Of a DNA stretch of 64,000 bases, positions 27,236 to 36,453 are shown piece after piece. A program made the translations under genes and the position numbers. The notes under the pieces were generated by a model, which did no database searches, was not told the DNA's origin, and saw only the letters and a program-made list of their open reading frames with translations. The stretch covers positions 40,722-104,721 of the forward strand of contig CBFHTA010000001.1 of NCBI GenBank assembly GCA_965658655.1, in the 5' to 3' direction. Source of the stretch: Candidatus Babelota bacterium (GTDB lineage Bacteria; Babelota; Babeliae; Babelales; CAIQNR01). Each line of letters opens with the position of its first letter. The stretch's first letter is position 1.

Positions 27236-27934
27236 ATGAAAAAACAAATCTTTTTAGCACTACTTTGTACAACAAGAACTAATAACTGCGATAATTGGTT
27301 GGGTGAGAATGCTCCAAAAACAAGACATCGAAAAAACTTACAAGAGCCTGCAAAAACAACTTCTCTATGTAGACCCTCTTGTCAGCAAGAACTTTCTCCA
27401 TCATCTTTTATAAAGCACTGCCCCCTTTCTAGCGACAATTCAAAAATTACTCTTTATGAATGTTTAGAAGATAGAAAACCAAGTCCCTCTGATCATGAAT
27501 ATGGAACCCAATTATTATCTAACTCAATAATAAGATACCAACAAGAAATAAAAGAGCTCCAAACACAAAAGGAAAAAATTTCCTGCTGGAAGTTATGGAT
27601 CCAATGGAAGTTGATGCGCTCTCAAGATATTAATCGAAAGTGGTTACAGGCAGCACAACAAGACCTTCTGCATCATCAAAGTCTTAAAAAAGAACATACA
27701 GGATGTAATTTTAAAACTACCGATATTGACAAATTTAAAGCGCACCTTAGAGAAATTCACGAATGCCCAGATCTTAAAAAACCAACCTTCAACTGTAAAA
27801 TCTGCGGTGCAAAAGACACACACTATTCTTTCCATCCTGGAGTATGTAATTTTAAACACCAACAAATACCCAAAGAACAATACAAAAAAACAAATAATCT
27901 TGATTTTGTAAGGACACTTCTAGCACAAAACTAA
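27236..27934 (+). CDS. Secreted-type Cys/His zinc-finger protein, related architecture to upstream gene
   Basis: RBS aggagga; MKKQIFLALLC; CNFKTTDIDKFKAHLREIH; CKIC...HPGVC. Confidence 0.7.
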   Translation: MKKQIFLALLCTTRTNNCDNWLGENAPKTRHRKNLQEPAKTTSLCRPSCQQELSPSSFIKHCPLSSDNSKITLYECLEDRKPSPSDHEYGTQLLSNSIIRYQQEIKELQTQKEKISCWKLWIQWKLMRSQDINRKWLQAAQQDLLHHQSLKKEHTGCNFKTTDIDKFKAHLREIHECPDLKKPTFNCKICGAKDTHYSFHPGVCNFKHQQIPKEQYKKTNNLDFVRTLLAQN

Positions 27935-28182
27935 CAGAGTTAAACAGTGAATTGTTGTATAATAAACAAAGCTCTCTACCCCTGAGAGCACTTATGAAGA
28001 AAACAATAACTTTAGCAACTCTCTTTGTTAGCCGCTCTCAATTACACTCGTACGCGAAATCAAAAAAGAAGATAATATTGCTTTAAAATGTTCCTATAAC
28101 AGGAAAAAGGTTGCACGTTGCTTTCGTGTAGCACCGTACATTTTAGTGATAGAATACCATAAAACAATTTACCCTAAGACAC

Positions 28183-30621
28183 CTACCGAACAACAAATGA
28201 AATTAAACGACCAGGAACCCAAATAGTTTTAACTATCTCTTTGCCCTCAAGCCACTTAGCCACCAGCTCTTTGGCTTGCGGTTCAACGTGATCTTGTTTT
28301 GCAGCGCGATCGATCGTTAACTGACCGCGAACTTTACCGTTAACTTGAACGCCAATAGTTACTTCTGTTTGCTTTGCTAGTTCAGGATCAAATGTTGGCC
28401 ACAAACCATCGCTCAATTGTTTACCACAAACTGTTTCTAACAACTCCGCACCCATATGAGGCGCAAGGATAGATAACGCGATAATCACTTGTTCAGCAGA
28501 TATTTTACCAAGTTTAAGTTCTTTAAGATCGTTAAAGAGTTCCATAGCAGCAGAAATTGCCGTGTTCGGTTTAAACAACGCAAGCCGCTCTTGATAATCT
28601 TTTAAGAATCGTTGCACACGCTTTTTTGCTTTAATGTCTTCTTGATCGTCTGCAACCACATTATCTGCGCCAAAATAGGTAACTACTTTTTGTGAAAAAC
28701 GCTTAATGCCTTCAAGGCCAGCATCTTGCCACTCACAATCAAGTTCTGGTGGCCCCATGAATAACATGTACATACGCAATACATCTGATCCGTATTTCTC
28801 CACAATTTCATCTGGATTAACCACATTACCCTTTGATTTAGACATTTTTTCAACGGCACCACTTTTCTCTGAAAGCTTGCAGACCATACCCTGATTAAAG
28901 AGTTGTTTGAATGGTTCATTAAACGGTATAAAACCTTTTTCGTGCAAAAACTTTATATAAAATCGAGCGTATAACAAATGCAAAATTGCATGCTCAATTC
29001 CACCTACATAAAGATCAACGGGAAGCCAATACTTCATATCTTCTGCATCAAAGGGTTTATCTGTAAGATTTGGATTTGGATAGCGCAAGAAATACCAACA
29101 CGATCCTGCCCACTGAGGCATAGTGTTGGTTTCTCGTTTTGCAGGACCAAAGCATTCTGGACACTCTGTGTTTACCCATTCTTCAATACCTGCAAGTGGA
29201 GACTCTCCAGTTCCTGTTGGTTCGTACTTTTCTACCTCAGGAAGCTTTACCGGAAGCTGATCCTCTGGCACCGGAACAATGCCACACTTTTCACAACGAA
29301 TTAACGGAATTGGCTCTCCCCAATAACGTTGTCGCGAGAAGACCCAATCTCGTAAACGATACGAGGTTTGAGGAACCGCTATGTCTTTTTCTTGAACATA
29401 CTTAATAATTTCTTGGCGAGATGTGCCTGCCACCTTACCTTCGAATGCTTTGGGCGCAGCCAAGATGCCTTTTTGCATATCGGTATAACACACTTCTAAG
29501 TTACGCACCTTTTCTGCAAGTTCTTCATTATTTGACGGAAAGAGAACAGCCTTTAAAGGAATGTTGTATTTCTTAGCAAAAGCAAAATCTCGTTCATCAT
29601 GAGCAGAACATTTTACAACACCTGTTCCATAATCTGCCAACGCAAAACTTGCTACCCAAATAGGTAAGTCTCCGTTACCTACAGGATCAACTATATATCG
29701 ACCCGTAAAAACACCTTCTACTTCTTTTTCTTCTTCTCTACCTAGTTTTGCACGTTTTTCGAGCATTTTTTGACAGACACCAAGAACTTCTTGCTTATTA
29801 CCTACACCTTCGAGAAGGGTTGGCAATAATGGATGATCGGGCGCAATCGCTACAAACGTATCCGCAGCAAAAGACTCAAAGTGAGTAGAGAATGTTTGAA
29901 TTTCAAGATCCATATCTTTAACTGGAGCAGTAAATAAAAGGCCTTCACTTTTACCAATCCAGTTACGCTGCATTAATTTAACTTTTTCTGGCCAATCAAG
30001 CGTATCTAAATCATTAAGTAAAGGTTCAGCATATTCGGTAATTTTCAAGACCCACTGAGGAATCTGCTTCTTCTCAACCTCAGTTCCACAACGCTCACAA
30101 CCCCTATCTACCACCTCTTCATTGGCAAGGCCAGTTTTACAAGATGGACACCAATTAATAGGCATATTTGATTCATACGCAAGGCCAGCTTTGAACATTT
30201 GCACAAAAATCCACTGAGTCCACTTGTAATAATCAGGGTCAGTAGTATTTAATTCTTTAGACCAGTCATACAAAGCACCAACTTCTTTAAGCTGCTCTTT
30301 GAACGTTGCAATATTTTTTTCGGTAGAGGTTTTGGGATGAATACCTTTTTTAATAGCATCGTTTTCTGCTGGAAGCCCAAATGCGTCCCACCCCATTGGA
30401 TGAAGCACATTGTAACCTTCAAGCCACTTCATACGTGCATAAACATCAGACAGTACATACCCACGCCAATGACCAACATGCAGACCAGAACCAGAAGGGT
30501 AAGGGAACATATCAAGACAATAATATTTCTTGCTTTGATTGTCTTTTTTCACCTGTGCATCGGGATTCTCTTCCCAACGCTTTTGCCACTTCTTTTCTAC
30601 TTCGGCTACATTGTATTGCAT
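28183..30621 (-). CDS. leuS: Leucine--tRNA ligase
   Basis: MFPYPSGSGLHVGH, GWDAFGLPAEN, SRQRYWGEPIP, GGIEHA, KMSKS, VQVNGKVR; ATG 30621 with RBS gagga. Confidence 0.98.
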   Translation of the reverse strand: MQYNVAEVEKKWQKRWEENPDAQVKKDNQSKKYYCLDMFPYPSGSGLHVGHWRGYVLSDVYARMKWLEGYNVLHPMGWDAFGLPAENDAIKKGIHPKTSTEKNIATFKEQLKEVGALYDWSKELNTTDPDYYKWTQWIFVQMFKAGLAYESNMPINWCPSCKTGLANEEVVDRGCERCGTEVEKKQIPQWVLKITEYAEPLLNDLDTLDWPEKVKLMQRNWIGKSEGLLFTAPVKDMDLEIQTFSTHFESFAADTFVAIAPDHPLLPTLLEGVGNKQEVLGVCQKMLEKRAKLGREEEKEVEGVFTGRYIVDPVGNGDLPIWVASFALADYGTGVVKCSAHDERDFAFAKKYNIPLKAVLFPSNNEELAEKVRNLEVCYTDMQKGILAAPKAFEGKVAGTSRQEIIKYVQEKDIAVPQTSYRLRDWVFSRQRYWGEPIPLIRCEKCGIVPVPEDQLPVKLPEVEKYEPTGTGESPLAGIEEWVNTECPECFGPAKRETNTMPQWAGSCWYFLRYPNPNLTDKPFDAEDMKYWLPVDLYVGGIEHAILHLLYARFYIKFLHEKGFIPFNEPFKQLFNQGMVCKLSEKSGAVEKMSKSKGNVVNPDEIVEKYGSDVLRMYMLFMGPPELDCEWQDAGLEGIKRFSQKVVTYFGADNVVADDQEDIKAKKRVQRFLKDYQERLALFKPNTAISAAMELFNDLKELKLGKISAEQVIIALSILAPHMGAELLETVCGKQLSDGLWPTFDPELAKQTEVTIGVQVNGKVRGQLTIDRAAKQDHVEPQAKELVAKWLEGKEIVKTIWVPGRLISFVVR

Positions 30622-30634
30622 GTTTTCCTCTATC

Positions 30635-30664
30635 AAACAAAAAGGCCCTTCTAATCAGGGCCTA
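30635..30664 (-). terminator. Intrinsic terminator-like hairpin just upstream of leuS RBS
   Basis: Minus strand AGGCCCT-gattaga-AGGGCCT followed by TTTTGTTT. Confidence 0.5.
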
Positions 30665-30695
30665 AGTTTACTTTGTATTAATCCAGAGGTCAAAA

Positions 30696-31043
30696 TTAGC
30701 GCTTTATTCGTTCAATAGCTAAAAGCCCTCTGGAAATATAACTTTGATACTTTAGAGCAAAGTCTCCCTTTGTATTTACAAGTTGCTCTGCAAGATTCGT
30801 ATCTGCCTCTCAAAGGGCAAAACCATCAATATTTCCACTAATGCCATCTTAAAGTCTAGGGGCTCTAACATTATGGCCTTTTACATGAATCTTTATACCT
30901 TTTAGTCCGTCCTTTAAACCTAACAAATAACCCTTAGAAAGCTCTTTTCCCCCTGCAACAACTTCCTTAGGGTCGTGCTCATTCCAGTAACCTGAATGCG
31001 AATAGAACACAATTACCAAAAAACTAAATAATAATTTTTTCAT
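30696..31043 (-). pseudogene. Probable pseudogene of a small secreted protein (two in-frame stops)
   Basis: MKKLLFSFLVIVF...APRL*DGISGNIDGFAL*EADTNLAEQLVNTKGDFALKYQSYISRGLLAIERIKR* in one frame; RBS aggag. Confidence 0.5.
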
Positions 31044-31066
31044 ATGATACTCCTAAAAAGAAAAAA

Positions 31067-31672
31067 TTAACGATTTCCTTTAAGAGACTTACCCGCCATC
31101 ATAAAAAGATTTGCCTGAGTAGCCATAGTTTCTAAATCATCTTTTTTTCTTTCTTCTGAACGCCTATTCTTACAGTATTCTAAAATCCTTTCCTTTTTTT
31201 CTTTCTCTTCAAGACGAGGATGGTTAAAAACTTGAGACAACCAATATACCTCCATAGAAGTAAGTTGCTTTTTCAGCTCTTCTGCAAATTTATGCGCTTC
31301 CCTCTCTCTTTCTTTATAACCATAACCTAAAAGACTATGCATATAGAAAGTACGAATATCAAAGCCCACTTCATAAAAGAAATCATTAAAATAAAAAGGA
31401 CTGCTAGGGTTTATTATTCCAGAAAGAAAAGGAGCATTTCTTTTACCTGTTAACCCAATACAAAAGTAATGAAAAGCCTCTTCTGGACTTAAAATTCTTC
31501 TTGACGAAGTTGACCAAGGCGCTCTGTCACGTGGTTCTTCTGATTCTGCATCAATAGAACAATCTGCATTAGAAACACCACTATTTGTCCTTATAGCAAG
31601 GTCAAGATACTCAGGCGCACTTATATTTGCAAAACAAAAAATTATATAAATGAAAAATATTTTTTTAATCAT
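31067..31672 (-). CDS. Secreted hypothetical protein
   Basis: MIKKIFFIYIIFCFANISA signal peptide; 201 aa. Confidence 0.7.
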   Translation of the reverse strand: MIKKIFFIYIIFCFANISAPEYLDLAIRTNSGVSNADCSIDAESEEPRDRAPWSTSSRRILSPEEAFHYFCIGLTGKRNAPFLSGIINPSSPFYFNDFFYEVGFDIRTFYMHSLLGYGYKEREREAHKFAEELKKQLTSMEVYWLSQVFNHPRLEEKEKKERILEYCKNRRSEERKKDDLETMATQANLFMMAGKSLKGNR

Positions 31673-31716
31673 AATCTCTTTTATAGTAAACTAATTAAAA
31701 CTCTTTAAAGTATAGG

Positions 31717-32340
31717 ATGCTTATGGCACAAACACAATCACAAAATGCTGCCCCACCAATAAAAACTGAACGCATTTTAGTTATTAAACGCTCCGAACTC
31801 TTTCAAGAGTCGGCATGGACCGGAATTAAAGCTGTAAACTTTAACGACTACTTATCATTGATTCAGGAAAAACAAGAATTTATGCCTAGGAACCTTGCCG
31901 AAGAAAACTTTGCATATAAACAAATCATTCCATACTTAGTATTTCAACACAACGATGCCTACTTTTTAATGCAACGCAAATCTGGATCTTCTGAACAACG
32001 ACTTGCAAACAAATACTCACTCGGCATTGGCGGCCATTTACGTGAAGAAGATATGCAAGGAGCAACACTCTTTGATTGGGCACAACGAGAATTTGATGAA
32101 GAAATTAACTATTCAGGAAATTTAGAAATCACCCCACTGGGTATCTTAAACGACGATTCAAACGATGTAGGCAAAGTACATGTAGGCTTTGTATTCTTGC
32201 TCAAAGGCGATTCTGCTGACATTTCTATTAAATCCGAGCTACAAAGCGGAAAACTTTTAACGCTTACTCAGTGCCAAGAAAAGTATGATGCAATGGAAAC
32301 CTGGACCCAATTAGTCTTTGATTTCATCAAGAAGTCGTAA
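31717..32340 (+). CDS. NUDIX-family predicted phosphoesterase (YmaB-like)
   Basis: KQIIPY, EQRL...SLGIGGH, REFDEEI, INDD/LNDD..VGKVHVG pattern, METW. Confidence 0.85.
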   Translation: MLMAQTQSQNAAPPIKTERILVIKRSELFQESAWTGIKAVNFNDYLSLIQEKQEFMPRNLAEENFAYKQIIPYLVFQHNDAYFLMQRKSGSSEQRLANKYSLGIGGHLREEDMQGATLFDWAQREFDEEINYSGNLEITPLGILNDDSNDVGKVHVGFVFLLKGDSADISIKSELQSGKLLTLTQCQEKYDAMETWTQLVFDFIKKS

Positions 32341-32345
32341 ATTCA

Positions 32346-32375
32346 TTGCATTCTCCCTTCCAATCTCCTTATAAT
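32346..32375 (+). promoter_or_regulatory. Putative sigma70 promoter
   Basis: TTGCAT-N18-TATAAT upstream of RBS gggag and ORF 32421. Confidence 0.45.
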
Positions 32376-32420
32376 TAAAAACTATAAGGGTTAGCGGGTA
32401 ATTTAAACTGGGAGTATGTA

Positions 32421-33347
32421 ATGACTGAACAAGTCGGATTTTTTGGCAAAATGAAACGAGGTTGGCAAATCGCTATGGCAGGATGGAGATTCATCCTCAA
32501 TAACCCCTCCTGCTTAATATTTCCACTCATTTCAATCATCACTCAAGCACTCGTGTTTATTCCCCTTATTGCATATGTAGTGATTTACCTTTTAGAAAAG
32601 AAAAATACAGAACATCTAGCAGCCCATCAACAGACACAACTTCCTTCGTCTATGATCGCATTTTATATAGTTATACTTTTCTGTGCGGGATTAGTAGCAA
32701 GCATTATGTACACCGCTCTTAGCCATTACATGGCACAGAAGTTAGAAAATAAACCAACATCAATTTTTTCGAGTCTTGGTCGCGCATTTTCTAGACTTGG
32801 CACCCTGTTGGCTTGGACCGCTATAAACATGATACTTACCGCAATCTTCAACTGGATACGAAAATCTGCTCGTGATGATACATTTCCTTTTAATATTATC
32901 GCAAGCTTAGTAGCAGGAATATTGCAATTTGCATGGCAGTTTTTAACTTTCTTTGTTTATCCCATTTTTGCTCTTACAGAATTAAGTGCAATTGGCTCAA
33001 TTAAAGCATCGGGAGAAACTGTTAAAAAAATGTGGGGAGAACAGATTGGTGCTACCTTCAACATAAGCCTTATAGGATTCATCGCTATTTTAGCTTTGGG
33101 CTTTATTATATGGCCACTATCCTTTTTTATACTGGATGGATCAATTCTCTTCGGAACAACACCGAACAACCTTGCCGATCTTATTGTTATACTGATCTGT
33201 GTGGGCTTGCCCCTCATGATTATTAATCTTTGGATTGCAACCGCAAAAACATTATTCAAAACTGTAGCTTATCTACACACACAAGGAAAACAAGTTGGGC
33301 CATTTGAAGAAAACTTTATTCAAACAAGTTTTATAACTAAACCTTAA
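32421..33347 (+). CDS. Multi-pass membrane protein (DUF6159-like)
   Basis: About 6 TM; RGWQIA..W...LIFP, W.F.TFFVYP, SIKAS...KKMWGE. Confidence 0.7.
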   Translation: MTEQVGFFGKMKRGWQIAMAGWRFILNNPSCLIFPLISIITQALVFIPLIAYVVIYLLEKKNTEHLAAHQQTQLPSSMIAFYIVILFCAGLVASIMYTALSHYMAQKLENKPTSIFSSLGRAFSRLGTLLAWTAINMILTAIFNWIRKSARDDTFPFNIIASLVAGILQFAWQFLTFFVYPIFALTELSAIGSIKASGETVKKMWGEQIGATFNISLIGFIAILALGFIIWPLSFFILDGSILFGTTPNNLADLIVILICVGLPLMIINLWIATAKTLFKTVAYLHTQGKQVGPFEENFIQTSFITKP

Positions 33348-33363
33348 AACTCAGGGAGGGGGA

Positions 33364-34023
33364 ATGATTTATTTGTGGAATATTCCAGATCTCGTACAAG
33401 ACTTAAGAAACAACGCAATACCCCAAGAAGAAGCTGACTGGTATTTTGTTTTAAGCCCAGTTCTTAGCACCCTCAATGGAATATTTTTTGGTGTTATTTT
33501 GTTAGGTCATCATATTGTTGAATATTCTTTTCAAGGATGGTTAAAAAAACCACACCCAGCTATTGAATTTTACAATCATTGGGGTGCAAGTTTTGCAATA
33601 CTTACCGTCCTTGTTGCAGTAATTGGATTATACCTTTGTTATCGTGCAAACGAAAAAGGTGATGGTAAGAATTTTTGGTCACGAATGGCTTGTTTAAGTT
33701 TCCCCATAAATATTCATATTACGGTATACGCAATAGCTGCATTAGCAATTATCGGATTTTTTGCATATTTTTTCTTTCAAGGGAAAATTATGGCTTTCCA
33801 ACAGAAACTTTCTGGTGCGCCCGTAATCGCAACACCCTTCTTAATAGGAAAAATTAATCGCTTTACAAAAAATTTACGTGCTATGATTTTAATGGGATAC
33901 CCAGTTCTTGCACTGGTTCCAGCTGCTTTATCTTGTATACACTATGCAATATTAAGAAACCTGATAAAAGAAGTTGCTCAAAAAGATCCTATTGACCACC
34001 AGCCGTACGACAAATTCGATTAA
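33364..34023 (+). CDS. Hypothetical membrane protein
   Basis: RBS ggagg; 4 hydrophobic segments; CYRANEKGDGKNFWSR loop. Confidence 0.7.
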   Translation: MIYLWNIPDLVQDLRNNAIPQEEADWYFVLSPVLSTLNGIFFGVILLGHHIVEYSFQGWLKKPHPAIEFYNHWGASFAILTVLVAVIGLYLCYRANEKGDGKNFWSRMACLSFPINIHITVYAIAALAIIGFFAYFFFQGKIMAFQQKLSGAPVIATPFLIGKINRFTKNLRAMILMGYPVLALVPAALSCIHYAILRNLIKEVAQKDPIDHQPYDKFD

Positions 34024-34058
34024 AACTTATTTTTTATTGATCGACCTTTTAGGCTTAG

Positions 34059-34442
34059 TCAACCATTATGCAAACAAGATACCATTTCACCTTTTTTATC
34101 TGGGTGAAATGTCTCAGAATTATCCTTTAAAATCTCCCCTTCCTTATCAAACACAAGTACGCGTTTAATATAACCTTTACGCTCCTTAGTATCATACTTA
34201 CTCCCCACAGGAGTATTGATAATCACACAATACCTTCTTTCAGGAAGTTGCACAGTGCTATCCACCACTTTTCCTGGGAAAAAATCAAGAGTCTCAACTT
34301 CATTCTTTAATCTTTGAACAATGTCATTCTCGCCCGAATCCTGAGATTCTTTAAGAAAAGAAGGTAACGAATTGTTTTCTTCAGATCCATATAAGCTTAT
34401 AAAAAGTGATAACAACACAGTAAAAATTCGTATCTTGTTCAT
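34059..34442 (-). CDS. Secreted hypothetical protein
   Basis: MNKIRIFTVLLSLFISLYG signal peptide; RBS agggg. Confidence 0.65.
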   Translation of the reverse strand: MNKIRIFTVLLSLFISLYGSEENNSLPSFLKESQDSGENDIVQRLKNEVETLDFFPGKVVDSTVQLPERRYCVIINTPVGSKYDTKERKGYIKRVLVFDKEGEILKDNSETFHPDKKGEMVSCLHNG

Positions 34443-34549
34443 GAAGTCCCCTGATTAGTAATTAATATAAGAAACTTATGTGTATCCAACTTTTTTCAGA
34501 AGGGCAAGTTTTTAATGTTATTTTCCACAAAGTGCTCCAAAGGCAAAGA

Positions 34550-34577
34550 TTGCCAAATAAGCAAAATATGCTATTCT
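34550..34577 (+). promoter_or_regulatory. Putative rpsA promoter
   Basis: TTGCCA-N16-TATTCT with TGn extended -10. Confidence 0.4.
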
Positions 34578-34664
34578 ATAAGGCGTATTAATAATTTGTT
34601 TAACCTCTTTTAACCCCGTATCTGCTTAGTTCTTAAGCTGCGGGCATCACCCCCAAGGGAATGA

Positions 34665-36452
34665 ATGTCAAAAGAAAGAATAAGGCCAAGTCAATTTGGC
34701 AGTGTAAATAGCATAGAGATTGAACCTACTGATAATCTTGAGCTCAACGAAGAGCAATTACAAGAACTATCTGAGCTCTATGAAGGATTTTTCTCTGTAT
34801 GTAAACCAGGGAAAGTAGTTGAAGGTAAAATTTCCAACGTCAGCAACGATGGTGTGTTGGTAGACATCGGATTTAAGTCAGAAGGTTTAATTCCACGCTA
34901 CGAATTTTCACAACACGAACTTAAAAAATTTAAAGCTGGTGACACTCTTGAAGTTATTTTTGATGAATTAGAAAGCATTGATGGCTCATTAGTTCTCTCT
35001 TATGAGAAAGCTAAAGCGCTCAAGGCTTGGGATAGCATCATGAAGCTTCATGAAGAAGACAAACCTGTTGAAGGTGTGGTAACACATAAGGTTAAAGGTG
35101 GTCTTTCTGTTGATATCGGAATCCCTGCTTTCCTACCAGGTTCTCAAGTTGACGTACAACGCGTAAACAACTTTGACCAATATGTCGGCCAAACTATTAT
35201 TGCCAACATTATTAAGGTAAATAAAAAGCGTGGAAACGTTATTATTTCTCGCCGTAAACACCTAAGTGAACAACGTGCTGAAGTACGTAAAAAAGTTCTT
35301 GATACGCTTGATGCTGGTCAAACCATTGAAGGTTTGGTTAAAAACATCACCAACTACGGTGTGTTTATTGATATCGGCGGTGTAGATGGTCTCTTGCATA
35401 TCACTGATATGACTTGGGGACGTATTTCTCATCCAAGCGAAATTGTTAAAATTGGTGACACTATTAACGTAAAAGTATTGTCATTCGACAAAGACAACGA
35501 AAAAATCTCTCTTGGTATGAAGCAGCTTACCGACAACCCATGGGAGCAAATGACAGCTTCTATTGAAGGCGGCACACACATTAAAGGTAAAGTTTCTAGC
35601 ATTACCGATTACGGTCTTTTTGTTGAAGTTCAAAAAGGTGTTGAAGGACTTATCCATATCTCAGAAATCTCTTGGACAGATCGTATTACCGACCTGAAAA
35701 AGCATTACAAGCCAGGCGATGAAGTTGAAGCGCTTGTTATCTCTGTAGATAAAGATAACCGTCGTATGTCTCTTTCTATTAAGCAATTAGACAAAAACCC
35801 TTGGGAAACTGTTGCTGAAGAATTCAAAGTAGGCGAAAAAGTTAAAGGTACCGTAAGCAACATCACCGACTTTGGTGTGTTTGTTCTTCTTAAACCAGGT
35901 ATCGACGGCTTGATTCACGTTTCTGATTTATCTTGGACAGAGCACATTGAACATCCTGCAGACGTTTACAAACGTGGTGACGCGATTGAAGCGGTTATCT
36001 TAGGTGTTGATGTTAATGCTAAGAAAATTTCTCTTGGCATTAAGCAATTGGCTCAAAATCCATGGGAAAACATCGAGAAACATTACCAAGTAAACAATAT
36101 TGTTGAAGGTGAAATTTCTCGTTTAACCAACTTTGGTATGTTTGTAAAACTAGAAAGCGGAATCGAAGGTCTTGTGCACATTTCTGAACTTGCTGAGCTC
36201 AAGAAAGAAGACAAGAAAATCGAAGATGTTTACAAAGTTGGAGAGAAACGTCAATTCCGTGTAATCAAAGTAAGCAAAGAAGAACACAAGCTTGGTTTGA
36301 GCACAAAACTTGATGAAGTTACTAAAGAAGAAAAACACGTAGCAAAACCTCAAGAAAAACAATCTTCAGAACCAGTTGTAAAAGCAAAGAGTCAATTCCA
36401 AATGGCTCTTGATGAAGCAGCAGCTCGTAACAAAGATAACGATAAGGAATAA
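34665..36452 (+). CDS. rpsA: 30S ribosomal protein S1
   Basis: Six S1 repeats: DIGFKSEG, AFLPGSQVD, DGLLHITDMTW, EGLIHISEISW, DGLIHVSDLSW, EGLVHISEL. Confidence 0.98.
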   Translation: MSKERIRPSQFGSVNSIEIEPTDNLELNEEQLQELSELYEGFFSVCKPGKVVEGKISNVSNDGVLVDIGFKSEGLIPRYEFSQHELKKFKAGDTLEVIFDELESIDGSLVLSYEKAKALKAWDSIMKLHEEDKPVEGVVTHKVKGGLSVDIGIPAFLPGSQVDVQRVNNFDQYVGQTIIANIIKVNKKRGNVIISRRKHLSEQRAEVRKKVLDTLDAGQTIEGLVKNITNYGVFIDIGGVDGLLHITDMTWGRISHPSEIVKIGDTINVKVLSFDKDNEKISLGMKQLTDNPWEQMTASIEGGTHIKGKVSSITDYGLFVEVQKGVEGLIHISEISWTDRITDLKKHYKPGDEVEALVISVDKDNRRMSLSIKQLDKNPWETVAEEFKVGEKVKGTVSNITDFGVFVLLKPGIDGLIHVSDLSWTEHIEHPADVYKRGDAIEAVILGVDVNAKKISLGIKQLAQNPWENIEKHYQVNNIVEGEISRLTNFGMFVKLESGIEGLVHISELAELKKEDKKIEDVYKVGEKRQFRVIKVSKEEHKLGLSTKLDEVTKEEKHVAKPQEKQSSEPVVKAKSQFQMALDEAAARNKDNDKE

Positions 36453-36453
36453 T

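Noticed and set aside
30621..30850. T-box riboswitch upstream of leuS
   Set aside because: No T-box consensus or specifier stem recognised; the region reads as decayed coding sequence
30696..31043. Alternative genetic code or stop read-through explaining in-frame stops
   Set aside because: Both TAA and TGA interrupt the frame, and conserved genes (atpH, recO-like) end normally at TGA; pseudogene is simpler
34665..36452. Internal repeats in the 595-aa ORF
   Set aside because: Ordinary S1 domains of RpsA
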